Shown: piece by piece, positions 47,715-57,270 of the stretch | How the letters are laid out: every line of letters begins with the position of its first letter | Numbering within the stretch: position 1 is the stretch's first letter | Source: an uncultured Verrucomicrobiae bacterium | GTDB lineage: Bacteria > Verrucomicrobiota > Verrucomicrobiia > Limisphaerales > UBA1100 | Reading direction: 5' to 3' | Assembly: GCA_937775205.1 (NCBI GenBank) | Contig: CALKBX010000001.1 | Coordinates: 194,631 to 258,630 of the forward strand | DNA: 64,000 nt | Translations under genes and position numbers: made by a program | The notes under the pieces: model-generated | Database searches by the model: none | What the model was told of the DNA's origin: nothing | Seen by the model: only the letters and a program-made list of their open reading frames with translations

Positions 47715-47758
47715 GAAGGGTTTGAGGCTAGCGCACGCGCGGGCATCCCGCAAGCCCT

Positions 47759-47977
47759 CTAATAGCTGGCCTCCTCTTCGCCTTCCTCTTCCTCCTCAAA
47801 TTGCGGGGTGAAGACGGCGATGCCTCGAAAGTAGGCACTGGAGCCCGCGCCTTCCTGACAGATGGAAACGCTGACCGGCTCCATTTCATTTTGGCCCGCG
47901 TATCGGTTGATGGCGGCAGACACGGACTCGACTGAGTCCCCTGTAAATCCAGCAGCTTCATTTCGCTTATTTGGCAT
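47759..47977 (-). CDS. Possible small acidic-tailed protein (72 aa), weakly dodecin-like
   Basis: ATG at 47977 gives MPNKRNEAAGFTGDSVESVSAAINRYAGQNEMEPVSVSICQEGAGSSAYFRGIAVFTPQFEEEEEGEEEASY. GFTGDSVESVSAAI resembles the dodecin (L/V)TG(S/T)Sxx(S/G)xExAI start. No other support. Confidence 0.35.
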   Translation of the reverse strand: MPNKRNEAAGFTGDSVESVSAAINRYAGQNEMEPVSVSICQEGAGSSAYFRGIAVFTPQFEEEEEGEEEASY

Positions 47978-47989
47978 TCGCGAATGCCA
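47972..47989. promoter_or_regulatory. Perfect 18-bp palindrome TGGCATTCGCGAATGCCA
   Basis: It is self-complementary over all 18 nt. It overlaps the candidate ATG (47975-47977) of the small minus-strand ORF and lies 145 nt upstream of the plus-strand oxidoreductase gene. Confidence 0.5.
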
Positions 47990-48133
47990 CCGGAAAGCCA
48001 ACGCAAACTCAACTGAAAATTATGAACAGGATTTTTGGGCGAAACGCTAGGACTCGAAGACGCCAGTTTCCAGGTTCTCCTTGGCGGTTCAATTTAGCTT
48101 GCAAAACCAAAATCGGCCGCCAAAGTTTCCTAC

Positions 48134-49456
48134 ATGAAAACAACTTCGCTTTCAAGACGTCGATTTCTCACTACCACCGCGCTGGCGTTTCCGTATGTAG
48201 CCACGCGGTCGTGGGCTAAATCACCAAACTCTGCCGTGCGACACGTCAGTTTCGGCGGCAATGGCATGGCCTTTGCCGATCTGAATGCAATTTCGGGTGT
48301 TTCTAATGTGGAAATGATCGCTTGTGCGGAAATCGATCCGGCGAGGCAAGACCGGTTTGCCAGAAAGTTTCCGAAAGCGAAACGCTACACCGACTGGCGG
48401 GAATTACTGGACAAAGAAGCGAAAAATTTTGACACCGCCAATGTGTCAACTCCCGATCACATGCACGCACCCATTGCCATGAGTGCCATGCAACTGGGCA
48501 AACATGTGTATGTGCAAAAACCACTTTCCCATGATGTTTTTGAAAGCCGTAAGCTGCGTGAGTATGCGGCGGCCAACAAGCTGGTGACTCAGATGGGGAT
48601 TCAGGTCCACTCCAGCCAAGTTTACCGCGAGGCTGTGGAGCTCGTTCATCAAGGCGCAATTGGTAAAGTCACAGAAGTACACACTTGGAGCAGCAAAAAA
48701 TGGGGCGACACCAATCCACGCCCCAACCGGAAGGATAAAATACCTGCTGGAATGGATTGGAATGCATGGTGCGGAGTGGCTACCAAGAATGATTTTATCA
48801 ATGGTTATTACCACCCTGGCAATTGGCGCAGGCGCCTTGATTACGGCACCGGAACCTTTGGTGATATGGGCTGCCACATCTATGACCCCATGTATGGCGC
48901 CGTCGGCCTAACAGCCCCCATCAGTGTCCGGAGCGAAGGCCCGGCTCCGGTAGCCAATTCACACAGCTGGAATATTAACGCTAAGATTCACTATGTGTTC
49001 CCAGGCACCAAATATACTGAAGGTAAAACTATTAACGTTACCTGGTACGACGGTGATCAACGCCCGGCCGCAAATGTACAAAAGAGGATCGGCCGTGGGT
49101 TACCCGGACAAGGATCCGTACTCTTCGGCACAAAAGGGCACATGATTATCCCCCATGTCGGCAAAGCCATTCTTTTACCCGAAGACAACTATAAGGATTA
49201 CAAACGGCCTGAAATAGGTGCAGTCAATCACTGGGAATCTTTCATCAACGCATCACGCGGGGAAGGCAAAACCTCGGCGAATTTTGACTACTCTGGCCCG
49301 ATGACTGAAGCCATCCTGCTTGGAGGCATAGCAACGCGCTACCCGAAGAAAGAACTACATTGGGACGCTGATAAACTAACTTTCAGCAATAACAGCAGCG
49401 CCACAGCTCTTGTCAAAAGAGAATACCGCAAGGGATGGGAAGTGAAGGGGCTTTAA
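48134..49456 (+). CDS. TAT-signal Gfo/Idh/MocA family oxidoreductase
   Basis: MKTTSLSRRRFLTTTALAFPYVATRSWA is a TAT signal. DHMHAPIAMSAMQLGKHVYVQKPL is the family motif. 440 aa. Confidence 0.85.
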   Translation: MKTTSLSRRRFLTTTALAFPYVATRSWAKSPNSAVRHVSFGGNGMAFADLNAISGVSNVEMIACAEIDPARQDRFARKFPKAKRYTDWRELLDKEAKNFDTANVSTPDHMHAPIAMSAMQLGKHVYVQKPLSHDVFESRKLREYAAANKLVTQMGIQVHSSQVYREAVELVHQGAIGKVTEVHTWSSKKWGDTNPRPNRKDKIPAGMDWNAWCGVATKNDFINGYYHPGNWRRRLDYGTGTFGDMGCHIYDPMYGAVGLTAPISVRSEGPAPVANSHSWNINAKIHYVFPGTKYTEGKTINVTWYDGDQRPAANVQKRIGRGLPGQGSVLFGTKGHMIIPHVGKAILLPEDNYKDYKRPEIGAVNHWESFINASRGEGKTSANFDYSGPMTEAILLGGIATRYPKKELHWDADKLTFSNNSSATALVKREYRKGWEVKGL

Positions 49457-50499
49457 CCCCGCCAATTCTCCAACACTTTAAACGCACGCCCCAAGTGCTC
49501 CGGATGCACGAGGGTTTGAAATTGGCGTGTGCGTTCGGGTGTCCACTCGGGAAAACAATCCGGATTTTGCAGCGTTTGCTCGAAGATGCGGACAAGCCAT
49601 TGGGCTTGAGTTGAAACAACCCTCTCATGAACACCAGCGGCCTTGGCGACGAAATCCAATTCTGCAAGGTTCACCGAGGCAGTGAGGTCTTGTTCGCCCA
49701 CATTGGCCAGCAGATCGTCGGTTTGGTGGTGACCGTGATAGGCACGCAGAGTTCCGTGGGGACGTGGGGGCGCAAAAAACTCCTCCTCCTCTAAAAAATA
49801 ATCAATCGCCACCGAGCGGCCTTTGCGCAGGGAAGTGCACAGCTCATTCCAAAAGGGAGCGAGCGCGGGAACGTGAACCATTCCGGTGCCACCGGGCAAT
49901 TCACCTCCAACATTCCAACGGTCCTTCACGGCTTCCATCCGCCGCCATTCGAATTGGCCACCGCTCTCCCCCACTCCACATTCGAACCAGTTTTTTGACT
50001 TGGCGTCCCATTCAAGTTTTTGCGCCGGAAATGCATCGAGCAATTCGTTGCAAAAGAATACGCCGTGAATAGCGTTGGGCATTTCTGCCGTCCACTGGGT
50101 TTTACCCGCGTGCGATGCGAGCATTTCCTTTTGCCACTCCTGATGAACACGCGAGGACTCCAGAAAAACAAATGTGATGCGCTCGTAAATTTCTGGCCGC
50201 CAATCGCGAAGGCACTCGAGAATGTCATTGGCCAACCGCCCATCGTGCGCGCCGGCCTCGATGAGTTTCACCGGTCCTTCCAGCTCCGCAAGCCACTCGG
50301 CGAATTGAAACGCCAGCAGTTCGCCAAACACTGGCCCCACGCTGACGCTGGTGTAGAAATCGCCGCGCCGACCCACCTCGCGTTGTTTTTCGTAGTAGCC
50401 CAAACCCGGCTCGTAGAGGGCCATCCCCATAAAACGACTGAACGGGATATCGCCTTTTTCGGCGATTTCGTTGTGAATCCGTTGCTCCAGTTCGTTCAT
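49453..50499 (-). CDS. MidA/NDUFAF7-family (DUF185) class I SAM-dependent methyltransferase
   Basis: ORF trimmed to ATG 50499: MNELEQRIHNEIAEKGDIPFSRFMGMALYEPGLGYYE is the family N-terminal signature, and LIEAGAHDGRLA is the SAM motif. The ORF-track extension is Arg/Cys-rich and overlaps the tlyA promoter side. Confidence 0.8.
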   Translation of the reverse strand: MNELEQRIHNEIAEKGDIPFSRFMGMALYEPGLGYYEKQREVGRRGDFYTSVSVGPVFGELLAFQFAEWLAELEGPVKLIEAGAHDGRLANDILECLRDWRPEIYERITFVFLESSRVHQEWQKEMLASHAGKTQWTAEMPNAIHGVFFCNELLDAFPAQKLEWDAKSKNWFECGVGESGGQFEWRRMEAVKDRWNVGGELPGGTGMVHVPALAPFWNELCTSLRKGRSVAIDYFLEEEEFFAPPRPHGTLRAYHGHHQTDDLLANVGEQDLTASVNLAELDFVAKAAGVHERVVSTQAQWLVRIFEQTLQNPDCFPEWTPERTRQFQTLVHPEHLGRAFKVLENWRG

Positions 50500-50551
50500 T
50501 GCTTGCGGTGGGCGGCGGCTTGTTTTACAAACGCCGCCACATCCTGAACCT

Positions 50552-51313
50552 ATGTCCCCTGCAGCATCAACCCGTAAACGTCTCGACCAAGCCTTGTTTG
50601 ACAATGGCCAAACCGAAAGCCGCGAAAAAGCCAAGCGCCTTATTATGGCCGGCAAGGTTCGCATCAACGATCAAGTGGCGCGAAAGCCCAGCGATTCCGT
50701 GCTGCCGGCGGATACTCTGGAAATTGAGGAGCCGGAAAAATATGTGAGCCGCGGCGGCTTCAAGCTGGAGAAGGCGTTGGAGGAATTCCCCATTGAGGTT
50801 AAGGACGCCATCGCGGTGGATCTCGGCGCCTCTACAGGCGGCTTCACTGATTGCCTTTTGCAAGCGGGCGCAAAGCGCGTGTACGCGGTGGACGTAGGCA
50901 AGGGGCAGCTCGCATGGCATCTGCGGCGCGATCATCGGGTGATCGTGATGGAAAAAACCAACGCACGCCATCTCGAGCGCAACGCGTTGCCAAAAAATTT
51001 CGAACGCGCGGATGTGGTCACCATTGATTGCTCGTTTATTTCGCTGCGCAAAATCATCCCCGCCGCCGTTGCTTTATTACGTGGAGGTGGTACACTGATT
51101 GCGCTGATTAAGCCCCAGTTTGAAGCCGCCAAAATCGAGGCGGACAAAGGTGCGGGCGTCATCAAAGACCCCGCCATCCACGCGCGCGTGGTGAACGAGC
51201 TGCGGGCGTTTGTGGAAGAGCACGGCGGATTGATGTGGCGCGGCGATGTGGAATCACCCCTCACCGGCCCCAAAGGCAACAAAGAATTTCTAGCTTGGAT
51301 TGAAAAAAAATAA
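50552..51313 (+). CDS. tlyA: TlyA family rRNA (cytidine-2'-O)-methyltransferase
   Basis: The S4 domain is KRLDQALFDNGQTESREKAKRLIMAGKVRINDQ and the FtsJ-like motifs are AVDLGASTGGFTDCLLQAGAKRVYAVDVG. Confidence 0.9.
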   Translation: MSPAASTRKRLDQALFDNGQTESREKAKRLIMAGKVRINDQVARKPSDSVLPADTLEIEEPEKYVSRGGFKLEKALEEFPIEVKDAIAVDLGASTGGFTDCLLQAGAKRVYAVDVGKGQLAWHLRRDHRVIVMEKTNARHLERNALPKNFERADVVTIDCSFISLRKIIPAAVALLRGGGTLIALIKPQFEAAKIEADKGAGVIKDPAIHARVVNELRAFVEEHGGLMWRGDVESPLTGPKGNKEFLAWIEKK

Positions 51314-52181
51314 ACCCATCAAGACCGTTGGCCTCATCGCCAACCCGCAGCACACCACCGAAACGGGATTGGTGCGCAAAGCCGCCGACCTCATCACCGA
51401 CAGCGGCCGCAAGCTGATGGTGGATCAAACCACCGTGAACGCTACCGGCGTGGATGGCATCACCCTGCCCAACGCCGCCGAACTTGCGCGATTATGCGAC
51501 TTAATGTTGGTTATCGGTGGCGACGGAACCGTCCTGCAAGTCGCACGGAAAACCGCCGGTAGCAACACCCCCATCCTCGGCATCAACTCCGGGCGACTTG
51601 GATTTTTCACATCCGCCTCCGAGGAATCGCTGGAGGAAGGGTTCGGGAAATTGTGGCGCGGCAAATACATCGTCGACCCGTTGCCGCTCATCGAGGCCAC
51701 CGGCAAACACGCCGGCAAAAATTACAAGGCGCTGGCGTTGAACGACATCCTCATCAGCCGAGGCGCCAACCCGCGCCTCGTGGAATTGGAAGTAGCAATG
51801 GACGGCGAGTCGCTCACGCAATATCGCTGCGACGGCCTCATCGTCGCCACGCCCGCCGGTTCCACGGCGTATTCGCTGGCCGCCGGTGGCGCGGTGGTCA
51901 CCCCACGCGCAGAGGTGCTCACGCTAAATCCCATTTGCCCGCAGGCGCTTTCCAATCGACCGCTCATCGTGAGTTTCAAATCCACGATCGAAGTCACTAT
52001 TTTGAAACATCGCGCCGAGACTTATCTTTCCGCCGATGGCCAAATGCAAACGGAACTCTCCACGGGCGATCGCATCCGCATTCGGCGCAGTCGCCAAAAG
52101 GCGCGGTTGGTGCGGCTCGAAGGCCATTCGTTTTTCGAGACGCTGCGCCACAAACTCAACTGGACCGGCTCCCACGCCTGA
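51300..52181 (+). CDS. nadK: NAD kinase
   Basis: GGDGT (VIGGDGTVL), the NDILISRG region, DGLIVATPAGSTAYSLAAGG and the glycine-rich motif are present. The start is the ORF track's TTG at 51300, which overlaps the tlyA end. The true start is uncertain. Confidence 0.85.
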   Translation: MKKNKPIKTVGLIANPQHTTETGLVRKAADLITDSGRKLMVDQTTVNATGVDGITLPNAAELARLCDLMLVIGGDGTVLQVARKTAGSNTPILGINSGRLGFFTSASEESLEEGFGKLWRGKYIVDPLPLIEATGKHAGKNYKALALNDILISRGANPRLVELEVAMDGESLTQYRCDGLIVATPAGSTAYSLAAGGAVVTPRAEVLTLNPICPQALSNRPLIVSFKSTIEVTILKHRAETYLSADGQMQTELSTGDRIRIRRSRQKARLVRLEGHSFFETLRHKLNWTGSHA

Positions 52182-53188
52182 TGGTGCGCCTCAAGGACAT
52201 CGCTGCCACCGCGGGCGTGTCGGTGATGACCGTCTCCAAGGCACTGCGCGACGAGCCGGATATTTCTGCCAAAACCAAAGCGCGCATTAAAACGCTCGCC
52301 GCCGAGGTCGGCTATATGCCCAACCACTCCGCGCGCGGATTGCGCACGCGCAAGACGCATCAGTTCGGGCTTCTCATTTCCTCGCTCACCAATCCCGTTT
52401 ACACGCGCACCTTTATGGCCATCGAGGAACAGGCGCACGAGATGGGCTACGAAATTATTCTCGCGCAAACGCTGAATAATCCCGCGCGCGAAGCGGCGTG
52501 CATCCGACGCCTGCTCGCGCGGCAAGTCGACGGCCTCTTCATCCGCCCCGTTTATCGGCCCGACCCCAGCGCGGTGATTTATGATGAGCTAAAAAAACAC
52601 AAAATGCCCACCGTCATTCTCGGGCATCGCGCGTTATTTTGCAGTGACTTTCCGAATGTGGAAACGGACGACCTTGCCGCCACTGAAGCCGCCACCCAAC
52701 ATTTGCTCGAGCTGGGCCACAAACGCATCGCGTGTTTTGCCGGTCCCACATTTGCGCCGTGGGCACAGGAACGCTTCGAAGGCTATCGGCGCGCGCTGAT
52801 GGAGCAGCAAATTGAGGTGGACGAAAAACTCATCTTCCATTCCGGCTCCACCATCGAGGAAGGCAAAGCCGCCGCGCTGCAATTGATCGATGAACGCCCC
52901 GGCGCGACCGCTATCCTCGCCGCCAACGACCTCGTCGCCATCGGCGCGGCCACCACGTTGCTCGATCAAGGCATGAAAATTCCCGAGGACATTTCCATGG
53001 TCGGCTTCGGCAACACCCTCACCGCCGAACATTTCCGCGTGCCCCTCACCACGGTCAGCCAACCCAAATACCGTCGCGGCATTTCCGCGATGGAATCCAT
53101 GAACACTTTACTCGCCGGAGAATCCGTGGGCACAAAAAGATTAGCCGCCGAATTAGTCATCCGCAAAAGCACCGCTGCACCCGCTTAA
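52181..53188 (+). CDS. LacI family transcriptional regulator
   Basis: ORF 51653..53188 trimmed to ATG 52181: MVRLKDIAATAGVSVMTVSKALRDEPDISAKTKARIKTLAAEVGYMPNHSARGLR (LacI HTH), followed by a periplasmic-binding-like sugar domain. The ATG shares one nucleotide with the nadK TGA. Confidence 0.85.
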   Translation: MVRLKDIAATAGVSVMTVSKALRDEPDISAKTKARIKTLAAEVGYMPNHSARGLRTRKTHQFGLLISSLTNPVYTRTFMAIEEQAHEMGYEIILAQTLNNPAREAACIRRLLARQVDGLFIRPVYRPDPSAVIYDELKKHKMPTVILGHRALFCSDFPNVETDDLAATEAATQHLLELGHKRIACFAGPTFAPWAQERFEGYRRALMEQQIEVDEKLIFHSGSTIEEGKAAALQLIDERPGATAILAANDLVAIGAATTLLDQGMKIPEDISMVGFGNTLTAEHFRVPLTTVSQPKYRRGISAMESMNTLLAGESVGTKRLAAELVIRKSTAAPA

Positions 53189-53784
53189 CGCGCCGCAAAC
53201 CGCTCGACGTATTTCCCAAGCATATCTGCTTCAAGATTCACCGCATCGCCCACTGCGCGTTCGCTCAATGCTGTGGACTCCAACGTGTGCGGGATGATCC
53301 AAATTGTGAAACTCTCCTTTTCCACCGCGGCCACGGTGAGGCTGATGCCGTCCACGGCGATGGAGCCTTTGTGGATCACATAACGCATCACGTCTTCGGG
53401 CGCGGCAATTTGGAGTTGCTGATCGTCGCCTACTTTTTCCCACGTGGTAATTTTCCCCATCCCGTCAATGTGACCGGTGACAAAATGGCCGCCGAGGCGT
53501 CCACCCGCTTCGAGGCTGCGCTCGAGATTCACCTGCGATCCCGCGCGGCAATGTTGGAGGTTGGTGAGGTTCCACGTTTCGTTGAGCAAATCAAACTGCG
53601 CCGTCTTGGCGCGGCCTTTGGTGGTGAGCTCGGCCACGGTGAGGCAGCAGCCGTTGACCGCGAGGCTGTCGCCCACCTTAAGGCCGCCACCGGTTTTGCG
53701 GAGGGTCAGCGTGAGCCGAATGGATTTGTCGCTCGGCTGGATGGATTCCACCGTGCCGGTCTCTTCGATAATGCCCGTAAACAT
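53185..53784 (-). CDS. ribE: Riboflavin synthase (alpha subunit)
   Basis: MFTGIIEETGTV...GDSLAVNGCCLTV...GHFVTGHIDG...GSIAVDGISLTV is the duplicated lumazine-binding motif. Confidence 0.9.
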   Translation of the reverse strand: MFTGIIEETGTVESIQPSDKSIRLTLTLRKTGGGLKVGDSLAVNGCCLTVAELTTKGRAKTAQFDLLNETWNLTNLQHCRAGSQVNLERSLEAGGRLGGHFVTGHIDGMGKITTWEKVGDDQQLQIAAPEDVMRYVIHKGSIAVDGISLTVAAVEKESFTIWIIPHTLESTALSERAVGDAVNLEADMLGKYVERFAAR

Positions 53785-53794
53785 CGCGCCGCAC

Positions 53795-54904
53795 TCAATC
53801 GCCCGCCACGCGCGCCGTCAACAACAAATCCGGCCCGAGCCGCCGCCATTGTACGTTTGTAAGCTTCGGAGCTTGTTTCAAATTCGCCGCGCCTTTGCCG
53901 CCCACGACGGGTCGCGCGTGCTTTCCGCCCAACACTTTGGGCGCATAAAAAAACGCCACTCGTTGCACCAGATTGTTTTCAAAGAAAGACGCGTTCACTT
54001 CGCCGCCGCCTTCGACGAGCAAATCTGTGACCTCCTCGCGCCCCAGCCGTTTAAGCAGCCAACGCAAATCCACGCGCCCTTTGCGCGCGGGAGCTTCAAT
54101 GACGTTCACGCGTTTACGCAATGCCATCACCCGTCGCGCGGGCGCGCCTTTCGCAACCACCACCGTGGTGAGCGCGGCGTGTTCATCGGACACCACATTA
54201 GCAGTCACCGGCGTGCGTGCTTTGGAGTCCAAAATAATCCGTCGCAATCGATCACCGCCGCGTGACGCGCGAACGGTTAAGCTGGGGTCATCGGCAAGAA
54301 TGGTTTCGATGCCAACGAGAATTGCATCCGCACCTTTGCGCAGGTGCATTCCCTCGCGGCGCGCGGCTTCGCCAGTGATCCATTTGGACTCGCCGTGCTC
54401 CGTGGCAATCTTACCATCGAGCGTCATCGCCGCTTTCACGGTGACCATCGGCGTGCCGTTCACAATCCAATGATTAAACGCCGCATTCAATTCCATCGCT
54501 TCATCGGCCAAAATATTTTTCACCACCTCAATCCCCGAGCGCCGCAGAACGCGAAAGGCGCGGCCGGCATGAGCGGGATTAGGATCCTTGGCCGCCACCA
54601 CCACGCGCACAATGCCCGCCGCAATGATAGCCTCCGTGCAAGGCGGCGTTTTGCCGGTGGTGCTGCAGGGCTCCAGCGTGACGTACAGCGTCGAGCCTTT
54701 CACATTGTAATCGCGGCGCTGCGCTTGGTTGAGCGCGTTGATTTCCGCGTGCGGGCCTCCCGCGCAGCGATGCCAACCTTGGCCGATTACCACGCTGCCT
54801 TTCACCAGCAACGCGCCGACCATTGGATTGGGCGAAGTGAGGCCATAACCCTTGCGCGCCAAGGCGAGCGCCTCGCGCATACGAATCTCATCGGGTTTTT
54901 GCAC
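53795..54904 (-). CDS. ribD: Bifunctional riboflavin biosynthesis deaminase/reductase RibD
   Basis: The deaminase zinc site is HAEINAL...PCSTTGKTPPC. The reductase half is MTLDGKIA...LLVEGGGEV. Confidence 0.9.
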   Translation of the reverse strand: MQKPDEIRMREALALARKGYGLTSPNPMVGALLVKGSVVIGQGWHRCAGGPHAEINALNQAQRRDYNVKGSTLYVTLEPCSTTGKTPPCTEAIIAAGIVRVVVAAKDPNPAHAGRAFRVLRRSGIEVVKNILADEAMELNAAFNHWIVNGTPMVTVKAAMTLDGKIATEHGESKWITGEAARREGMHLRKGADAILVGIETILADDPSLTVRASRGGDRLRRIILDSKARTPVTANVVSDEHAALTTVVVAKGAPARRVMALRKRVNVIEAPARKGRVDLRWLLKRLGREEVTDLLVEGGGEVNASFFENNLVQRVAFFYAPKVLGGKHARPVVGGKGAANLKQAPKLTNVQWRRLGPDLLLTARVAGD

Positions 54905-54913
54905 GGCGGAAGT

Positions 54914-55825
54914 CTACTCCGCAAACAGTGCTTCGGCAAACTGCGCGGCGTCGAAGGGTTGCAAATCATCCGCTTGTTCGCCGAGGCCGATGAATTTGAT
55001 GGGCAAATCCATTTCCTGATGGATCGCCACCACCATTCCGCCCTTGCTGGTGCCATCAAGTTTGGTGATGACGAGGCCGGTGAGCGGAACGGTTTTATTA
55101 AACTCACGCGCTTGCGTCAGCGCGTTCATTCCGGTGGAGGCATCGAGCACGAGCAGCACCTCGTGCGGCGCACCCTCGGCTTGGCGGCCAATCACGCGGT
55201 GCAGTTTCTCCAGCTCCTGCATCAAATTGCTTTTGGTGTGCAGCCGACCGGCGGTGTCGATGAAAAGGTAATCCGCCTTGCGCGCTTGCGCGGCACTGAG
55301 GGCATCGTGCCCCACGGCGGCGGGATCGGCACCGTAGCTGCCAGCGATAACCGGCACATCCAGTCGTCCGCCCCATTCCTTGAGCTGCTCCACGGCGGCA
55401 GCGCGAAATGTATCGCACGCGGCCAGCATCGCGATGTCGCCCGAAGCTTGAACGCGATGGGCAAGCTTGGCGGCGGTGGTGGTTTTTCCGGTGCCATTCA
55501 CGCCGACAAGGGAAACCACGGTGAGCCCTTCGGCTTGGCGATTCAAACCCGGGATTTCATCATTAAAGGTGCTGACCACTTCGCGACGCGCCACGGCCAA
55601 TACGTCGAGGCCTTCTTTGCCTTGCGATTCGTAGCTGTCTTTGATGGCCGCCAGAATTCGCTGGGTCATTGGCAGGCCGAGATCCGCGCTGATAAGGGTG
55701 TACTCGATTTCCTCGAGCGTATCGTCATCCAGCTTGGGTGAGCGGGAAACGATGCGGTTAATCTCGTGCGACAGCTTGGCTTGCGTGCGCTGGAGGCCCG
55801 CCTTGAATTTATCGAACAAGCCCAT
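54914..55825 (-). CDS. ftsY: Signal recognition particle receptor FtsY
   Basis: The NG domain has GVNGTGKTTTAAKLA, DTAGRL, ITKLDGTSKGG and GLGEQADDLQPF. Confidence 0.9.
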   Translation of the reverse strand: MGLFDKFKAGLQRTQAKLSHEINRIVSRSPKLDDDTLEEIEYTLISADLGLPMTQRILAAIKDSYESQGKEGLDVLAVARREVVSTFNDEIPGLNRQAEGLTVVSLVGVNGTGKTTTAAKLAHRVQASGDIAMLAACDTFRAAAVEQLKEWGGRLDVPVIAGSYGADPAAVGHDALSAAQARKADYLFIDTAGRLHTKSNLMQELEKLHRVIGRQAEGAPHEVLLVLDASTGMNALTQAREFNKTVPLTGLVITKLDGTSKGGMVVAIHQEMDLPIKFIGLGEQADDLQPFDAAQFAEALFAE

Positions 55826-56641
55826 TTACGCAGCCACGGCTGATTTCATTTTCTGGATGAAACTCACCGGCACTTTCACCGCGCCAATGAGCGGTTTGCC
55901 TTTATTTTCACCGTGGCAATCGGAGCCGCCGGTGACCAGTAAATCGTACTGTTCCGCGAGCATCAAATAATGCTCCGTCATCGGCGTGCTGTGTCGCGTG
56001 TAGAGGCATTCGAGCCCATCCATTCCCAATTCAACCAAGGGCGGGATGACTTCGTCGCGATGGTACAGCCCCGGATGCGCGAGCACCGCTAAGCCATCGG
56101 CCTCGTGAATGAGGCGAATGGCCTCCGCCGCGCTCAGCATCGCCTTGGTCACCCAAGCGGGCTTGCCTTTTTTGAGCCATTTACTAAACGCCTCATCAAG
56201 ATTGCGGCAATGGCCTGCTTCAACCAACGCGCGACCAATATGCGGACGCCCCGGCGCATCGCAATCGGCAATGCGCATCACATCTTCGCCGGTGATATCA
56301 ATGCCAAGTCCGTTGAGTTTGGCAACCATTTCGTGAATGCGATTGCGGCGCACTTCCTGATACTTGGCCAGTTCGCTGAGGAGGCGCGGGTTTTCGAGGT
56401 CCAAAAAATAGCCGAGCAGATGAAGCTCAAAGCCATCGAGTTCCACAGTAAATTCACAGCCGGAAACAAACTCAATCTCAAGCTCCGCGCACGCGGCAGC
56501 CATCCTGGCGCAGCCATCGATGGTGTCGTGGTCGGTGAGCGACATCACTTTGAGACCCACGCGCTTACCGTGGCCGGCGAGTTCCTCGGGCGTGTACGTG
56601 CCGTCAGAAAAATTCGTGTGGAGGTGGAGGTCGGCGTACAT
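55826..56641 (-). CDS. PHP domain phosphoesterase (TrpH/YciV-like)
   Basis: MYADLHLHTNFSDGTYTPEEL...SLTDHDTIDG...LAHPG...GGSDCHG are the PHP metal-binding histidines. Confidence 0.8.
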   Translation of the reverse strand: MYADLHLHTNFSDGTYTPEELAGHGKRVGLKVMSLTDHDTIDGCARMAAACAELEIEFVSGCEFTVELDGFELHLLGYFLDLENPRLLSELAKYQEVRRNRIHEMVAKLNGLGIDITGEDVMRIADCDAPGRPHIGRALVEAGHCRNLDEAFSKWLKKGKPAWVTKAMLSAAEAIRLIHEADGLAVLAHPGLYHRDEVIPPLVELGMDGLECLYTRHSTPMTEHYLMLAEQYDLLVTGGSDCHGENKGKPLIGAVKVPVSFIQKMKSAVAA

Positions 56642-57150
56642 TAAAGTGCCTCCGTGGCCTCGCGCGCGGGGCGGTCCAGGCGCGATTTGATGTTGTCGAG
56701 AATGCCGTTGACGAATTTGCCACTGTCCTCGGTGGAGTATTTTTTCGCGAGGTCAACCGCTTCGTTGATGCTCACCACGGGTGGGATATCCTCGCGGTGC
56801 AGCATTTCGTAAATGGCGAGCCGCAGGATATTACGATCCACACCGGCCATGCGATCGAGATCCCAGTTGGCGGCGTTTTGAGTCAATTCAGTGTCGAGTG
56901 CATCGCGATGTTCGAGTACGCCGCGCACGAGCGGTTCGGCAAATTGTTGGATGGCTACATCATCGGTGGTTGGCGGCGGCAATTCCTTTTCCTTGCCCCA
57001 ATTGGTTTTACCCTCCTGCACCTCGGCCACGGCCGGACGATGGTGCATCCAAAAATGTTCCAACGCCGCCGTCAAATCCTCGGGGGGATTTAGCTCGTGC
57101 TGAAACAAAAATTGAACCGCGCGCTCACGCGCATGACGTCGGGTGCCCAT
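56641..57150 (-). CDS. nusB: Transcription antitermination factor NusB
   Basis: RRHARERAVQFLFQ..., DRNILRLAIYEML and VSINEAVDLAKKY...FVNGILD are NusB signatures. The stop overlaps the start of the PHP gene. Confidence 0.9.
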   Translation of the reverse strand: MGTRRHARERAVQFLFQHELNPPEDLTAALEHFWMHHRPAVAEVQEGKTNWGKEKELPPPTTDDVAIQQFAEPLVRGVLEHRDALDTELTQNAANWDLDRMAGVDRNILRLAIYEMLHREDIPPVVSINEAVDLAKKYSTEDSGKFVNGILDNIKSRLDRPAREATEAL

Positions 57151-57270
57151 AGCGATAGTTTACGTGAGAACCATTTTGGGCAAAAGCAAATTCGCGTTTC
57201 CAAAATTAGCAGGGATATGCTGTGCATGTCCATGGACGCGCGCAGCGCGTCCCCGCCGATCAATAACGGA

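Noticed and set aside
47759-47800. Tubulin-like acidic C-terminal tail (EEEEEGEEEASY), considered because some Verrucomicrobia have BtubA/B.
   Set aside because: The ORF is only 72 aa with no tubulin/FtsZ GTPase motifs. This is a low-complexity resemblance only.
54344-55741. 465-aa plus-strand ORF spanning ribD and ftsY. Similar long ORFs occur at 3393..4397, 4686..5630, 14142..15011, 17431..18156, 34319..35041, 38393..39127, 39793..40521 and 42502..43239.
   Set aside because: All lie antisense to genes with unmistakable conserved motifs. They are rich in Arg/His/Gly/Ala, as expected for shadow frames of GC-rich coding DNA, and they contain no recognisable motif. I treat them as non-coding.
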